The position numbers were made by a program, and so were the translations under genes. DNA of 64,000 nt, from the NCBI RefSeq assembly GCF_009914755.1, contig NC_060941.1; one strand, given 5' to 3'. The notes below the pieces were generated by a model. That model had not been told where the DNA came from. It ran no database searches and saw nothing but the letters and a program-made list of their open reading frames with translations. Below, piece by piece: positions 42,576 to 64,000 of this stretch; the stretch's first letter is position 1; every line of letters begins with the position of its first letter. Origin of the DNA: the human T2T-CHM13v2.0 reference genome, Homo sapiens.

Positions 42576-44160
42576 CTGGAAGGAAGGAAGGAATCACGCC
42601 CTGGACTCAGACTTCAGCTGGGAGCCTGAGAAGAGAGCTGATGAGCATGACCAGCGAGAAAGGAAAACGGGCTTTTATGCTTTTCATGTACACACAGGCG
42701 ATGGCACGGCAAGTCAGGAATGGCCTGTGGCTCCCTTCGCCAGGAGAAGACAAGCAAAGTGGGAGGAGACAGGCTTCTTGCAAGACACTGTCCTGCAGGC
42801 ACCACCAATACCAAGTTTCCTGCTTAAGAAGCTTTGGTGACAGTGGCTGATTATTTTCAAAACCCAGCAGTTGAGAGGGAAGAAATAGACATTCTTCTGC
42901 AGGTATAAACAGAAGAGAGGGGAATGGTTAGCAGAACCAGAGGTAGTGCAGATCCAGATGTCCAAGGATGAAGAAAGGTGGGGTATGAGCCAGGAATTGG
43001 TAATGGAAAAGTGGCCCAGAAATGCAACTTAGTATGCTGGGGTTGAAGAACAGAAAAGTTCTGGGTCTTAGGGGGATGTGGGGGAAATACGTGGACCATC
43101 ATCCCCTCAGAGAAACACAGCCGGATCATGAGGGCTGGGGGCAGCTGGTGCAGAGGATATTGATTTATATACATTAAATCTCTAATGAATTCCTGAAAAG
43201 CGCCAGGCTGCCTGAGAGTGGTGGGGCCTGCTGGGTGTGTACATTCATGAAAGTGCTTTTTAATCCTTAAGGGCCTTGTGGTGTGAGTTCTGGCCTCTAG
43301 GCTGACTTTGCCTCGAGGCTAATAAACATGGAAGAATGATGATCTTCGAATAATTTTATAATCCACTGTGTGGGACTGTTGAAACGACTGCAAGGCGATT
43401 TAGATGTAAATAAACGTGATGTTGCAGAAATCTATAAATAAGAAGCACTGGCAATTTAAACCGTGTTGTGCATTTTGCCAAAAAACACGAGTGAGTCCTG
43501 GAAACCACAGTGAGGTGCTGCCAAAAGTAGAGATTCTATTTTAAAAGGTGCAGCCACCGTTACAGCACAACCCTCCGTGCTCAGGCCTGGCCAGCTTATC
43601 ATCATCACTGGATGTCCAGGCTAGCAAGGACAATCCCTCTTCCCAGTCTCATTTTAATTCCTGAGTCCCATCTGTAGGAACATATCATCTTTCAGACACC
43701 TTTTAGGTTCTTCTAAAACATTTTCTCATTTTTGTATGATGTAAGATAAGAAGTAATTTTAAATTCAAAGGTTGTTTTTACTTTAGATCAGTGCTTCTCA
43801 TACTTTGAGAAGCACTAATGCACGTCTCATTGCACATTATATTGTATACATTACATTTTAAAAATATAAATCTTTATGTTCCTAATGTATATTTTCCAAA
43901 GTTAAAGTTCTACATTCTCTCTTTAATCAGAAAAAAATGGTGTTCGCCTTAAATTACTTACAGAAAAATACAAAGCGCATAATTTTTCAAGAGATACATT
44001 TTAAAATGATAGTATTTTAGATTTGGGACTGAATTTTATAAAAATGTAGATTACACTGTGTTATGGTATGAAAATAGATAAAATTGGTCCTGTCACTGAA
44101 TGTTGGAGGGTTTTGCATTGTATTTCGGAAAAAAGCTGGCTAGTTGGAACAATTTTTGTA

Positions 44161-47884
<3,724 letters not shown>

Positions 47885-47977
47885 TGCCTGTATTTGTTTT
47901 AACTGACCAGGCAGAGATGTATTAGGCTGTGAGTTATGTTAATTTATTTTCCTGCAAAGGAAATGCTACAGGTTCTA

Positions 47978-48448
<471 letters not shown>

Positions 48449-49222
48449 TTATCATTACTTTTATGCTTCTCATTAACATCTCCTGTTTCTCTATCAGTAT
48501 TCCTTAGGTTGCCTCTCTCTAACTGGGGCTGTCTTTTGAGTATATATTATATGTGCTCGACTAACTGTAACAATAATTTAAACTCTATGACAACCAGAAC
48601 CTCACTGGTGACTCTTGTGTTCAGCTGAGCATTGTGCCAAAGAGTCACATGTCTACTTGTGGAACCTCTGCTAATTGCCATGTGTATTTGCTGTTATAGC
48701 TCTCATTTCAAAGGAACACAATGTATTTATTTACATATTTTAGTACCCTATATGTCTGAATACAAGATGAGGTCTCTCCTGAAATTGTCCCTTGGAAAGG
48801 AGTCTCTATATTCAGTCCTGGCATAGTTAGCCAACCACTTTGTTTTGTTTGGGACAGATACATTAACCTGGAATGACTTGACTTTGCGCTGGTTTTACTG
48901 CCTAGTGTAACCGGTTACAACGGGTTGATGGTGGTGATGGGGGAGGGGAGTGGGGAAATAAGTTAATATTGATTTGACATTCACCCCCAACTTGACTCTA
49001 AGTGATGATGACAACCAATTCCCCAAATTTTTGACAAGTAAAATCTACAGTGGGAGAACAAAAGCAATATTTCTAAATCTATATACTGTTTTATATGATG
49101 GGATTTTAAAATCAATATAAATATAAGCAGACATTCAATTGTCTCATGTACATTTCTGGAGAATTTTAAGTTGATCTAACAACTAGGATTTTGGATCTTT
49201 CACATAGGAAAAATGGGGGAAC

Positions 49223-49531
<309 letters not shown>

Positions 49532-49936
49532 CAGAGGAACTCTTTATACGGCAGTGGTTCTCAAGGTTGCCTGGGCCTTGGGATCACGGGGAGAGCCCCC
49601 AGAGCTAGTCCACTGGACTCCCTGAGGGTGGGACTCAGGCATAAGGATTTTTAAAGCCTCCTTAAGTGAATCTAACATGCAGCTGATCCACTCCAACCCC
49701 TTCTTTAAGGAGGTGCTTTCGCCAAAGCAGTTGGGACTGAAACTCTTTATTCGGTGCTTATTCAAGTAGGCCCTGCCCTTAGAACCATCTACTGGGGCTC
49801 TCAATGGGCCTCCCCTTGAATGGCTGAAGGTTTGGAATCTGCCAGTCTAATTGTATTCCACTGGAAGAAGCACATTCTGGAGGAAAGCATGACTTGGGTA
49901 ACGTGGCCCCTCTTGGGGCGATTTTCTTTTCTGCAG

Positions 49937-49977
49937 GTCACCTCATCATCTCAAGGAGGAGCATTCCCCTGGGCTAA
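49937..49977 (+). CDS. PRKAR1A: Alternative PRKAR1A terminal exon, coding part (exon extends to ~50170)
   Basis: ttttcttttctgcag|GT acceptor; joined to exon 10 (phase 1) gives G-HLIISRRSIPLG-TAA (337 aa); AATAAA at 50143-50148; agrees with my recall of an annotated short RI-alpha isoform. Confidence 0.75.
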
Positions 49978-50541
49978 GGCACTGGGGCCGAACTCTAGGA
50001 GACCCTAACCTGTGGGCTGCAGATCCTTTGGGGGCCAGAAACCCAAACTCACACCAAGCTCTGTCTAAGGACTCAATACATATTATTTCACTCATCTCTA
50101 TGTTTCACAAAATTTTCAAGGCATGTAGTTGCTGTTGTTATGAATAAAATATAAATTAATGTAAACATGTAATTGACTTCCTAGTAGCCTTTCTTGATTG
50201 TCTAGTTTTTCAGTTGAAACAAGTATTGTGGTATACAAGTCCGTAAACTTTTTGATGTCAAAAAGAGAGTGCTTTCCCTGGAAAAAAGTATGGATCAATT
50301 AAAGTGGTGGAGTGTGAACTTAGCAACCCAGATGCCTGGGTTTGAATCCTGGGTCTGCTGTTTGCAGCTGGAAGATTGGGATGAGATGGTCTCTTTCAGC
50401 CTCAGTATCTTTATTTGTAAAGTGGACATTGTAAGAGTATCTGGCTCATAAGCTTGCCCGTGAACCAAGGACACAACTTAGGTCATTGTGTGGCATAGAT
50501 GATAGTAAGGGCCTGAAAAAGACAAGCTCTTAGTATTTTCA

Positions 50542-50576
<35 letters not shown>
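50542..50576. repeat. (ATT)n microsatellite
   Basis: About 11-12 ATT units. Confidence 0.95.
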
Positions 50577-50721
50577 CACCCCAAACAGTTCTGTGCTTGG
50601 GCAGATTAGAGAATCTCTGAATAACTGGCAGAAAGACTTTAGGTCACTTTTATTAGTTTTTGGTCCAAATCTTCCCAGGGCCACCCCAACTGGGTGTGGA
50701 AAGGAGGAAGGCAGTCACTTA

Positions 50722-50823
<102 letters not shown>

Positions 50824-51515
50824 TTAACCATGCTTCCGGGCCTCAGCCAAGGCTTGTGACTCTGTTCCTTCAATAAGCCCAGCTGACTTCGCTTTCCTCT
50901 TATGTAATGAGACCCTAAAGACTAGGATGTGCTCTCCATAGCCTGCAGGGTAAACGCCATGGTGTCAGGCCGTAGTGACGGTGTCCAGGGGCTCAAGACA
51001 GTACTTTTTACTTTGGGAGGTGAAGGCGGGAGGATCGCTTGAGCCCAGGAGTTTGAAACCAGCCTGGGCAACATAGTGAGACCTCCATTTTGAAAAAAAA
51101 AAAGTACATTTTCTGCTGGTATGGGAAAAGAGCAAAAAATACAATGAAGACATTTACTGAAAACCCTGAAGAATGTTTTCCTAAGAAGAATGAACCCTTT
51201 CCTCTTTGTGTTTCAACTACATCTTTGTAGATTCTAATTATGCCTTCTGTTATATTAGACTAGTTTGTTTATGCCTCTTTCTACTTAAGACTGTACACCT
51301 GGGCTGGGACCAGGGCTTGGCAAGTGAGTGCTTCTTAGGTGCAGGGAGTGCTACTTCCTTAAATTTTGCATCCTGGGCACCTCACTTCTCTTACCCTCTC
51401 CCTGGTTCTGGAGGGTCAGGACAATACCTCACTCACCTTGTGTTCTATAAAATGGTCAAGGCAGGTGCTTAACTGAAGAAAAGGGAAGCCTGGAGCCCTG
51501 TAAACCTTTATTTTC

Positions 51516-51830
<315 letters not shown>

Positions 51831-51854
51831 TAAACCTTTATTTTCAAACCTTAG

Positions 51855-52249
51855 TGATATGGTTAGGCTTTGTGTCCCCACCCAAATCTCATCTCAAATT
51901 GTAATCCCCTTGTCTCAAATCTCATCTCAAATTGCTGAGGGAGGGATGCTGTGAGAGGTGGTTGGATCATGGGGCAGCTTCCCCTGTGCCGTTCTTGTGA
52001 TAGTGAGTTCTCACGAGATCTCATGGTTTTATAAGGGGCTCTTCCCCCTTTGCATCCTCTCTCTCCTGCCACCATGTGAGATGTGCCTTGCTTCCCCTCC
52101 CCCTTCTGCCATGATTGTAAGTTTCCGGAGGCCTCCTAGCCATGCTTCCTGTTAAGCCTGCAGAACTGTGAGTCAATTAAACCTCTTTCCTTTATAAATT
52201 ATCCAGTCTCAGGCATTTCTTAAGAGCAGTGTAAAAATGGACTAATACA
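51855..52249 (+). mobile_element. MSTA/THE1-type solo LTR
   Basis: tgatatggttaggctttgtgtccccacccaaatctc...ggactaataca. Confidence 0.85.
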
Positions 52250-52582
52250 TTTTGACACACACCATCAGATGTAGTCACATGTAGACATTTCTGATGTGTG
52301 TTCCACATATTGAAGTAAAGGGATGGGGCCACTCATGGCTGGTGATGACTGGCCTGAGGGCTTTAGGGTCCAGACCCACCTATAACCAGGTCACAGCACT
52401 CCTGGAGGGGAGCTCTGCCACTCTCAGTCCTAGCTTTTTGATGCCATTAATCACTTATCCTAGTGAGTCTCAACTCTGGCTATATTAGAATCACCTGGGC
52501 CTCACCGTCTGAACTTGAATCAAAACCCCTGGGGGTGGAGGCTAGGCAGGAGCACTTTTTAAAGCTCCCCCAGTGATTCTAA

Positions 52583-53249
<667 letters not shown>

Positions 53250-53626
53250 TGATTCTAATATTTTGTCAATAGTGGGCACCATTTGCTTCTTGAATTTGAA
53301 AGCGTGCTCCAATCACTTGAGGATTTTCTTAAGATTCAGATTCTGATTCAGAAAGAGAGTGAGGCTCTGCATTTCTGATGAGCTCCTCAGTGATGTTGAT
53401 GATGCTTTTCCTGGGCCACGCATTGCCCAGCGGGGCCTATACAACCCTTCCCCTTAAGTGCCTTTTCTTGTTGTGGGTGGATGGGGAGAAACGTTGAGTT
53501 CTCAGAGGTTAGGCAGAGAGCCATGCTCCTTCCACTCTTGCCCAAGGTCGCCACTGGAGTGGGTTTTGGGGTTTGCACAGCTGTGAGGGTGAAGAGGCTG
53601 GGTGGGGGTGGGGCTAGGTCACTTAC

Positions 53627-53677
53627 TCTGGGTGCAGTCACATGCCCCCAGCAAGGCTTTCTCATCTTGACTGTAAT
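53627..53677 (-). CDS. FAM20A: FAM20A exon 3 (FAM20A-specific Gly-loop insertion with C209/C211)
   Basis: YSQDEKALLGACDCTQ; 51 nt, phase 1-1; ag/gt. Confidence 0.96.
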
Positions 53678-53964
53678 CTGCAAAGGAGGAGAAGGGCAAT
53701 GAGAACTTCCAGTCTTGTTCCTGGGAGAGCCTACAACATGGAGGTCCCTTGACTCTGGTTCAGATCACCAGAGGGGAGACTGTGATGTAGCCTGGGGCCC
53801 TTGACCACTCCGTGGGAGGTCTCTTGGAGCCCAGGAGACTGTAGCCTCCTTCCCTGCTGTGTCCCAGACCCCTGCTCTCTAGCCCTTCAGTGGGCACTCC
53901 AGCAATACCTGGCTGGGAGACTGAGTCTGCTTTTGTCTCTGCTAATAATTTGCTGTGTCACTTA

Positions 53965-54180
53965 GATTGTCTTAGTGCTTGACAGCACAGACTTGGTATC
54001 AGCAGGCCTGTGTTTGAATTCCAGCTCCACCCCCTAGGTCCTTGGCCAAGTTACTTAACCTTTCTGTGTCTCAGTTTCCCTGTCTGTAAAATGGCAATGG
54101 TAATATCCATGCCATAAGGTCTTTGGTTGAAAGAGAATGTCGCCTGCTTCAAAAGCAACACTCAATAAATGGTAGCGATC
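53965..54180 (+). mobile_element. MIR
   Basis: gtttgaattccagctccac...ggccaagttacttaacctttctgtgtctcagtttccc...ctcaataaat. Confidence 0.8.
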
Positions 54181-54310
54181 ACCTTCCTTTAGGTGTACCA
54201 AACAACAGCATACCTCCTTATGGGGTCAGGATGAGATTATCGCTATAGGATCTCTTCCAGAGGGAAAAAGATCAATGCATATGTTCCTCTTCTCTCAGGT
54301 GTCCATGTCA

Positions 54311-54700
<390 letters not shown>

Positions 54701-55804
54701 TTAAGCATCTAATGAGGGCTAGGCTTTAAGCTGTGCTTAGGATATCTTGGGGAGCAAAACACCTGTGGGGTCCTTTCTTACCCTCAGAGGGCTTACACTC
54801 TAGTGAGCAAAACACACACATAGTTATACAATATCATACACAAATACTTAATTACAAACCAGGACAAATCCTGGGAAGGAAAAAAGGCAGATTGCTAAGA
54901 ATAAAACTAGGGCCTCATATAATCTGGGATCTCAGGGTGAGACTGTGGGCCTCTTTATGCACTTTCTCATTAAAACTCCCTATCTTACATTTCCCAGTAT
55001 TTTATGTTCCAAAGAATCAGAAGATAGAGGAGTGAAGGCAATTGGTGAGAATAAAAAGAAGAGAGGGTGCAGATCTTTAAGTGGGGCTGGAAGCTGAGTT
55101 AGATTATAAACGAAAAGAAGAATTAATGAGCCATTTACTGTTTGTTCTGCTTGGGTAGCCTTTTCTCCCAGGAAAAAAAGAGAAAAATAAAAAAGATGGT
55201 TCTACCATTTAGAGATGTAGACTGTAATTTAGGAGACAAGTTGTATGTTTATGAAATAACCAGAGCAAAATACAAAGCTGTTATAAATCAACTGCTAAAC
55301 ATGTGGCTCAGATGGAAAAGCCTTAACATTTTGGAGAAGGGAAAAGATGAATCTATGATGAAGTAGCCTGAGGACAACCACAGTGAAGAAGGCAGACTTC
55401 AGCTGGATCCTAAAGAACGGGGCAGGGAGGGGGGGTGGTTTGGCTTGAAGGGGACAGGGAGGGTACTCCTGCATTAAGGACAACATGAGCACTTTGAGAG
55501 GTAGGCAAGAAACGGATGTATCTGGGGATGAGAGAGGCAGGTTGAATAAATGCACTGTTGAATGAGAAGACGGAGGCCTCTGGGTTGGAAGGGAAGGCAA
55601 ATTAGTATGATGTCATCTGGCTGGGAAAAGCTGATTGGGAGAGGTAGGTGGGATTATAGGGGCAGGGTTTTGCAGTTCCTATATATCCCTGTTTCTCAAA
55701 CTGTGATAGTATACCTTGGGTCTGGGGTGGGGTGAAAAACAAAACAAACATGGCAGATTTGGGCGTGTCCAATTTTCTCATTGGTGGAGAGTTTTAAAAA
55801 TTAC

Positions 55805-56062
<258 letters not shown>

Positions 56063-56153
56063 ATTACTTTTCTATCAAAATAAAAATAGATGTATTATGG
56101 GGAAGGAAATAAAATATACCACAGGGATTTGAATCCATTTGTGATCTTAGTGA

Positions 56154-56518
56154 TTGCAATGGACTGAATGTTTATGTTTCCTTCAAATTCATATGTTGAA
56201 ATTTTAACTTCCAAGGTGATGGTATTGGAGATGGGGCCTCTGGGGAGTGATTAGGTTATGAGGGGGTAGCCCTCATGAATGGGATTAATGCCTTCATAAA
56301 AGAGACCCCAGAGAAACCCCTCACCCCTTCTGCCATGTCAGGTTATAGCAAGAAGACAGCATCTGTGAACCGGGAAAAGAGGCCTCACCAGAAATGGAAT
56401 CTGCCAGCGCCCTGGTATTGGACTTCTTAGCCTCCAGAACTGTGAGAAATACATTTCTGTTGTTTACAAGTCACCCAGTTTATAGTATCGGTTACGGCAC
56501 CCCAAACAGACTAAGGCA
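56154..56518 (+). mobile_element. MLT1A-like LTR
   Basis: tgcaatggactgaatgttt...aaattcatatgttgaa...agactaaggca. Confidence 0.8.
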
Positions 56519-56711
56519 GTTTTGCTTCACCATTTCTCTCCTATTTCTGACACCCAGAATTAAGTGTAATATCCCCAGACGTGATTGCCCAGTGCAGAGG
56601 AGAATACGGTAATCACCACCCCAATTCATGGCGTTTTCCTTGTATGAACGTAACCCAAGACTGAAAATCTTTGGGAAATCATGTCACGTATCTCTAAGAA
56701 AACATGATTTT

Positions 56712-58030
<1,319 letters not shown>

Positions 58031-58802
58031 ACGAATACGTACTTTGTTCACAGAAAGGCTCAAAAGCTAAATGCTCTTATTTTAAGCATATGCTTTCATT
58101 TCTTTTAAAAATAACCCTAAGTAATATTTTTTATTAGATCTAGAAAACTATTCATACTCTGCAATAAAACTTTTATTTTCCCTCAAAAGCCATGCCATAG
58201 TATTGCCTTCTATTTGTGTTGGACAGTGAGGCCATTGCCTGGTAACACTGGCCTTCCTTTTAAGGAAAGAGAAAAAGTATATATCACAAAAATAAAGCAC
58301 AAAGTCTTCATGGCTGTTGCTTTCATCAACAAAAATAAAACCTTAGTTACAAATCACATGATCTTCAGGGGAGAAGTAGAAATCACTTTGCTCCTGACTC
58401 TGCAATACTGGAATTTTCCTTGGAAATAGTTTCCTAAAAAGAAGAGTATTTCTTTCAGAAAAAAAGAGCATTTTAAAACGTTTGATTTTACTTATTTTTT
58501 AAGTAGCAAATGCATTTACATGGCTCAAAATGTTAAATGTCAAGACTCTTCCATCCTGTCCCTGAGTTAACCCGCTTCCCATCTCCAGAGGCAACTAATG
58601 TTGCTGGTGTTTTTCCCCATTGTTTTTTTCCACTTTTATTTTTATAGGTATGATAATATAAAATCCGCACTGTTCTGAAACTTGCTTTATTTTCCTGTCA
58701 ATAGGTTCTGGTGATTTTTCCAATTCAGTACACAGAAAGCTCCTCATTCTTTGTTAAGTTCATCACATCATATTCCAGTGTATGAAAATCACATCATTAA
58801 CC

Positions 58803-59424
<622 letters not shown>

Positions 59425-60606
59425 TCATCTACTTGCAAACTTCTAGGTTGTTTGTAATGTTTTGTTATGCCGAGCGATGCTGGGACATTCTACCTATAAA
59501 TATGACGTTCTGCATGTGTGAGAGTGTATCGGTATGATAAATTCTTATAAGTGTTGTTGATGGGTCAGAGGGTAGGTGCATTTATAATTGTTACTGATAT
59601 TGCCAAAGTACCCTCTGCCAAGGCAAGATACTGCTAATCCCTCTCCCTCAGCATTGTATGAGACTATATTCAAGAAGCTTTGCCAACAGTGTAGTGACAC
59701 TTCTTGATCCTTGTCAATCTAATAGGTGAAAAATGGTATCACAGTGCATTTTGAGTTTGCATCTCTATCTTGTTATGAGGGAAGCAGAACATCTTTTCCT
59801 CTGTTCAAGAGTCATTTGCATTACATTTGCCTATGTTTGTATTGAGTTGTTAGTCTTTTTCCTATTGAGTTTATACACTCAGAAAATTACATTTTTTCTC
59901 ATATGATTTGCATTTTTCTCCCAGTTTGTTGTCAATCTTTTGACTTCACTTATGGTGATTTTTTAAAATGCAGAAATGTTGATTTTTTATAAGGTTGAAA
60001 TGACCAACCCACTTATTCATGGCTCCAACTTGTGTGAAATTCTTAGGCCAGTCTCACGTTGAAATTACAAGAATAAGAAACCAAACCAAAGCATGGTTTC
60101 CTCTAGTATTTTGTGGTTTCATTTTTTTCCATTTAAATATCTGAGAGGTCTAGAATTTATTTAGATAAAATGTGTTAGGTATGGGTTCACCTTTCTTCCG
60201 CCCTCCAGGATGACTAGCTAGTTCTTTAACAATCATTTATTAAACAAATTCATTTTTTAGTTCACTGATTTGAAATGTCATCTTTGTCAGACAAAACATT
60301 TCCATTTGTATTTGGGTCTATTTCTGGAAGCTCCATTCTGTTTCATGCTCTGTCTGGCCATATTCCAAGGCAATGCTGTTGAACTTTTTTAACTTGATAA
60401 AACACTTTAACAGCTGGTGGGGCTAGTCTTTTTGATTGCTCTTTTTTTTTTTTTTTTTTTAAAGAGTTTTCCTATATAGTCCAACTTGTATACTTATCCA
60501 CATGAATTTTACAATTATATAAACGCTTTCAAAATGGAAACCTTAAAAAGTTTTAAACAGGCTTATCAAGTAACCTTATTATAATGTCTTCTTGAATTAT
60601 TGATGA

Positions 60607-60973
<367 letters not shown>

Positions 60974-61953
60974 CCCAGTACCTTTCAAAACGTGTAATGA
61001 GTGTACCCTTTGACTTAGCAATTTCACTTCTGCAACTTATCCTGTAGAATGATTTGCACAACTGTGCAAGAAAATATGTTCAAAGATGTTCATTATTGTT
61101 TGTAACTGTAAAAACTGGAGAAAAGAGAAATATCTAGGACAGGGGTATTTAAGAGATATCTCTATATGTAGTGACGTAGAAGGATGTCTAATTTCAGAAC
61201 AGTGTAGAGTGGGTCTTTTTCTTTTTGCTAAAAATATCATATACAGGTGCTTATATAGACATAGACACTTTCATTTAGTGTGCATGAAAAGAGCACATAC
61301 CAAACTCAATGATGGTGCTCCTTGGGGGTATGCATGAGTAGCTTCATTTTTACTTTATATATTTCTGTAATTGTACAATTAAACAAATTACACTGCAAGT
61401 TGTTTTTGCATACCTCTTTCTCATTCCTCCATGTGTCTCCCCATCTAGCATCCTTTTCCATCCCCCCCCCTTTTTATTTTAAGCATTGCATCTTCTCATT
61501 TGAATTGCATTTCCCAGACCTGGCAAAAAAAATATTTCCTCTTGTACTTGCATGATCTGTGACCCACAATTTCAGATCACAATGCCCCATCTCCTTGAGT
61601 CCCTGTGGTTAATTCAGGCATGTGCAAATGACCCAAGCTGTGTCAATCTGAGGATTCTTAAAGATTTTTCAAAGGCTAGCAGAGAAGAGCTGTTTTCATT
61701 TTCTGGGATTCTCAGCTATGAGAAGACTGTACATGAAGAGCTGCCAATGACCAGAAAGCCTGCCTGGTATTGCCACCACTGAGGAAAACTGAACAGTGAA
61801 GTAAGCAACAGAGGGCAAGAGGTTGCTCAAAGGCATCGTTTGAGTGCCTGGATGCAGCCATCATACTTGGACTTAGTTATCTGAACGGAATGGATCCCTT
61901 TCCTCCAGCTGGTTAGGACTAAGTTTTTAAGCTGCCCTTTGAAACATGCAAAC

Positions 61954-62325
<372 letters not shown>

Positions 62326-64000
62326 TCACAGCCCACACCCTGGAAGGACAGAATCTCGTCTGCCCCATGATGTCCATGCAAGACTCTGAAATTTGTTCCC
62401 CATGTCCGCAGTTTTTAGGGGCTTTTTTTTTTCTTAAACAAACAAAACCACTTCCCTAAGATGATCTTATAGGTGGGTCAACATGATAGGCATCTTTCTC
62501 AATAACCTTCATCATCACGCAGTGCCCTTGTTTCATCTCCAGACTAATTTAGAGTTACTGTTGTTGTTTTAACCTCTTTAAATCTCCCTAAATCTTTCTC
62601 TTGAGATGGTTCCAAGATGTCAGTCCACTTCAATATCAGTCTTCACCTACAGAAGTCCTTCAAGGACCACCTCAGATGTCTCCATCTCTAGCATTAACCT
62701 TTCTTTGACTGTCCCAAATAAAGGATAAACAGCACAAAGGCCAAACACAGGGCTCTGTTTTGGTGTCACTGGTTGGTGACAATGATGACAATGCCATAGT
62801 TCGACCCCTGCTGTAATGAAGTGAGAGGGTCACAGAATGCACAGCAAGTCGAACAAGAACTAATCGGTAGTGCAGTAACAGAAAGGGATGCAGAGTCTGT
62901 GTCACAAGGACCTGGTTCTGCCTCTTACCAGTGGAGCATCAAAAATCAATGCTAGTGTCGTTGCTATGAACACGATGTCTCATGTGATCCTGCAGCCCCC
63001 CACGAGATACATATTCCTATCCACAGTTTGCAAATGAGAAGACTGAAGATAGGGTACAGGCTTAAAAAGTAGTTTAAGCCCTCTGAGCTTCAGTTTACCT
63101 GTTGTGGGAAATGGGGAATGCTGATACTACCTCCTATACCATCAGAATTAAGTGCAGTAATATTCAACCATAGAGCAGGCATCCAAGAATGGTGGCTATT
63201 TTTAATCATGATTTTTACCACTTATAAAGATGAGAGACCAGGTGGATGATGATTTTTTTCAAAAACACTGTTCTACTGGCTAACCAGAAACAACCAGCTT
63301 TGCAAGCCACTGCAAAATCCCTTGGAACATCCCATAAGCAAGGGAATGGCATGTATGTCATACTTGCATTAGACACCACCACAATTTGCATGCCTTGGCA
63401 TGTGTGTGAGACTGCAGATCATCCAAGGGACCTTGGAATCCTGCTGTAGCTTTTCTGTGGTCTCTTGGTGTGCAGACTAAGCAATAGGCAGGTTATCAAG
63501 GCATTAGAGGGAGAACCAAGGCAGGTCTGGGCTTGGGCCTTAGGAGGTGGGTGTCTGCAGGCATGGGGATGGCAGGAAGCCTGGAAATGGAGCTTCGGTG
63601 GCCTAAACGGGAGCCTGGAGTCCCATTTGCTTCCTGGGATATGGGAGCTGAGGGCGTGAGGAGGGTGCCAATCTGCACCCTGTTTTCTTCTGGGACCCTG
63701 AGGGCAGAGCCACTGGGGTGCTGCGAGTGCTCCAGACAGGGAGGGGAGACGGCTGTGACTCACAGGGTTCAGGGAGGATTTGGAAGGTTCTCAGAAGACT
63801 GGGCGGCTCCCCATGCTCCTAGTCACTAACCACACGGCTTCAGGTCTGAAAATCTTCCCCAGTGCCTAAATTTCCTTGTTTTGAGGAAATAGAAGGAATA
63901 GGTTTGGATCCCCCGCCTCCAAAGGTTTTAGAGCAAAGGTTTATGGCTGCTATATTCAACAGTTCTTTGGGGATTGAGGTCAGGCCCCTTTGGAGTAATT

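Overview
This is human genomic DNA; the PRKAR1A/FAM20A gene pair places it at chr17q24.2 (recognised from protein sequence). The + strand carries the complete PRKAR1A gene (PKA regulatory subunit RI-alpha): a CpG-island promoter with alternative non-coding first exons (~10.5-12 kb), ten coding exons (14254-29303; 1146 nt, 381 aa, all GT-AG) and a ~3 kb 3'UTR with several poly(A) signals. The - strand carries exons 2-11 and the 3'UTR of FAM20A (Golgi pseudokinase); its exon 1 lies beyond the window end. Much of the rest is Alu, L1, MIR/L2, MaLR/ERVL LTRs (including a full-length THE1) and DNA transposons (near-complete Tigger1, MER58B, MER82, Tigger3-type). No prokaryote-type novel system (CRISPR, operon, phage) is present. 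The most interesting signals are: (1) a distal alternative PRKAR1A last exon inside FAM20A intron 4 that would swap the cAMP-site-B cassette for a 13-aa tail and run antisense across FAM20A exons 5-11; (2) an exact 34-nt duplication of the PRKAR1A exon-9 donor, giving a decoy donor with an in-frame stop; (3) FAM20A exon 3, a symmetric 51-nt exon matching the pseudokinase-specific insertion; (4) an X-box/CRE/CCAAT promoter module; (5) several unusual retrotransposition products. Repeat family names and residue numbers come from recall of consensus and reference sequences, not database searches.
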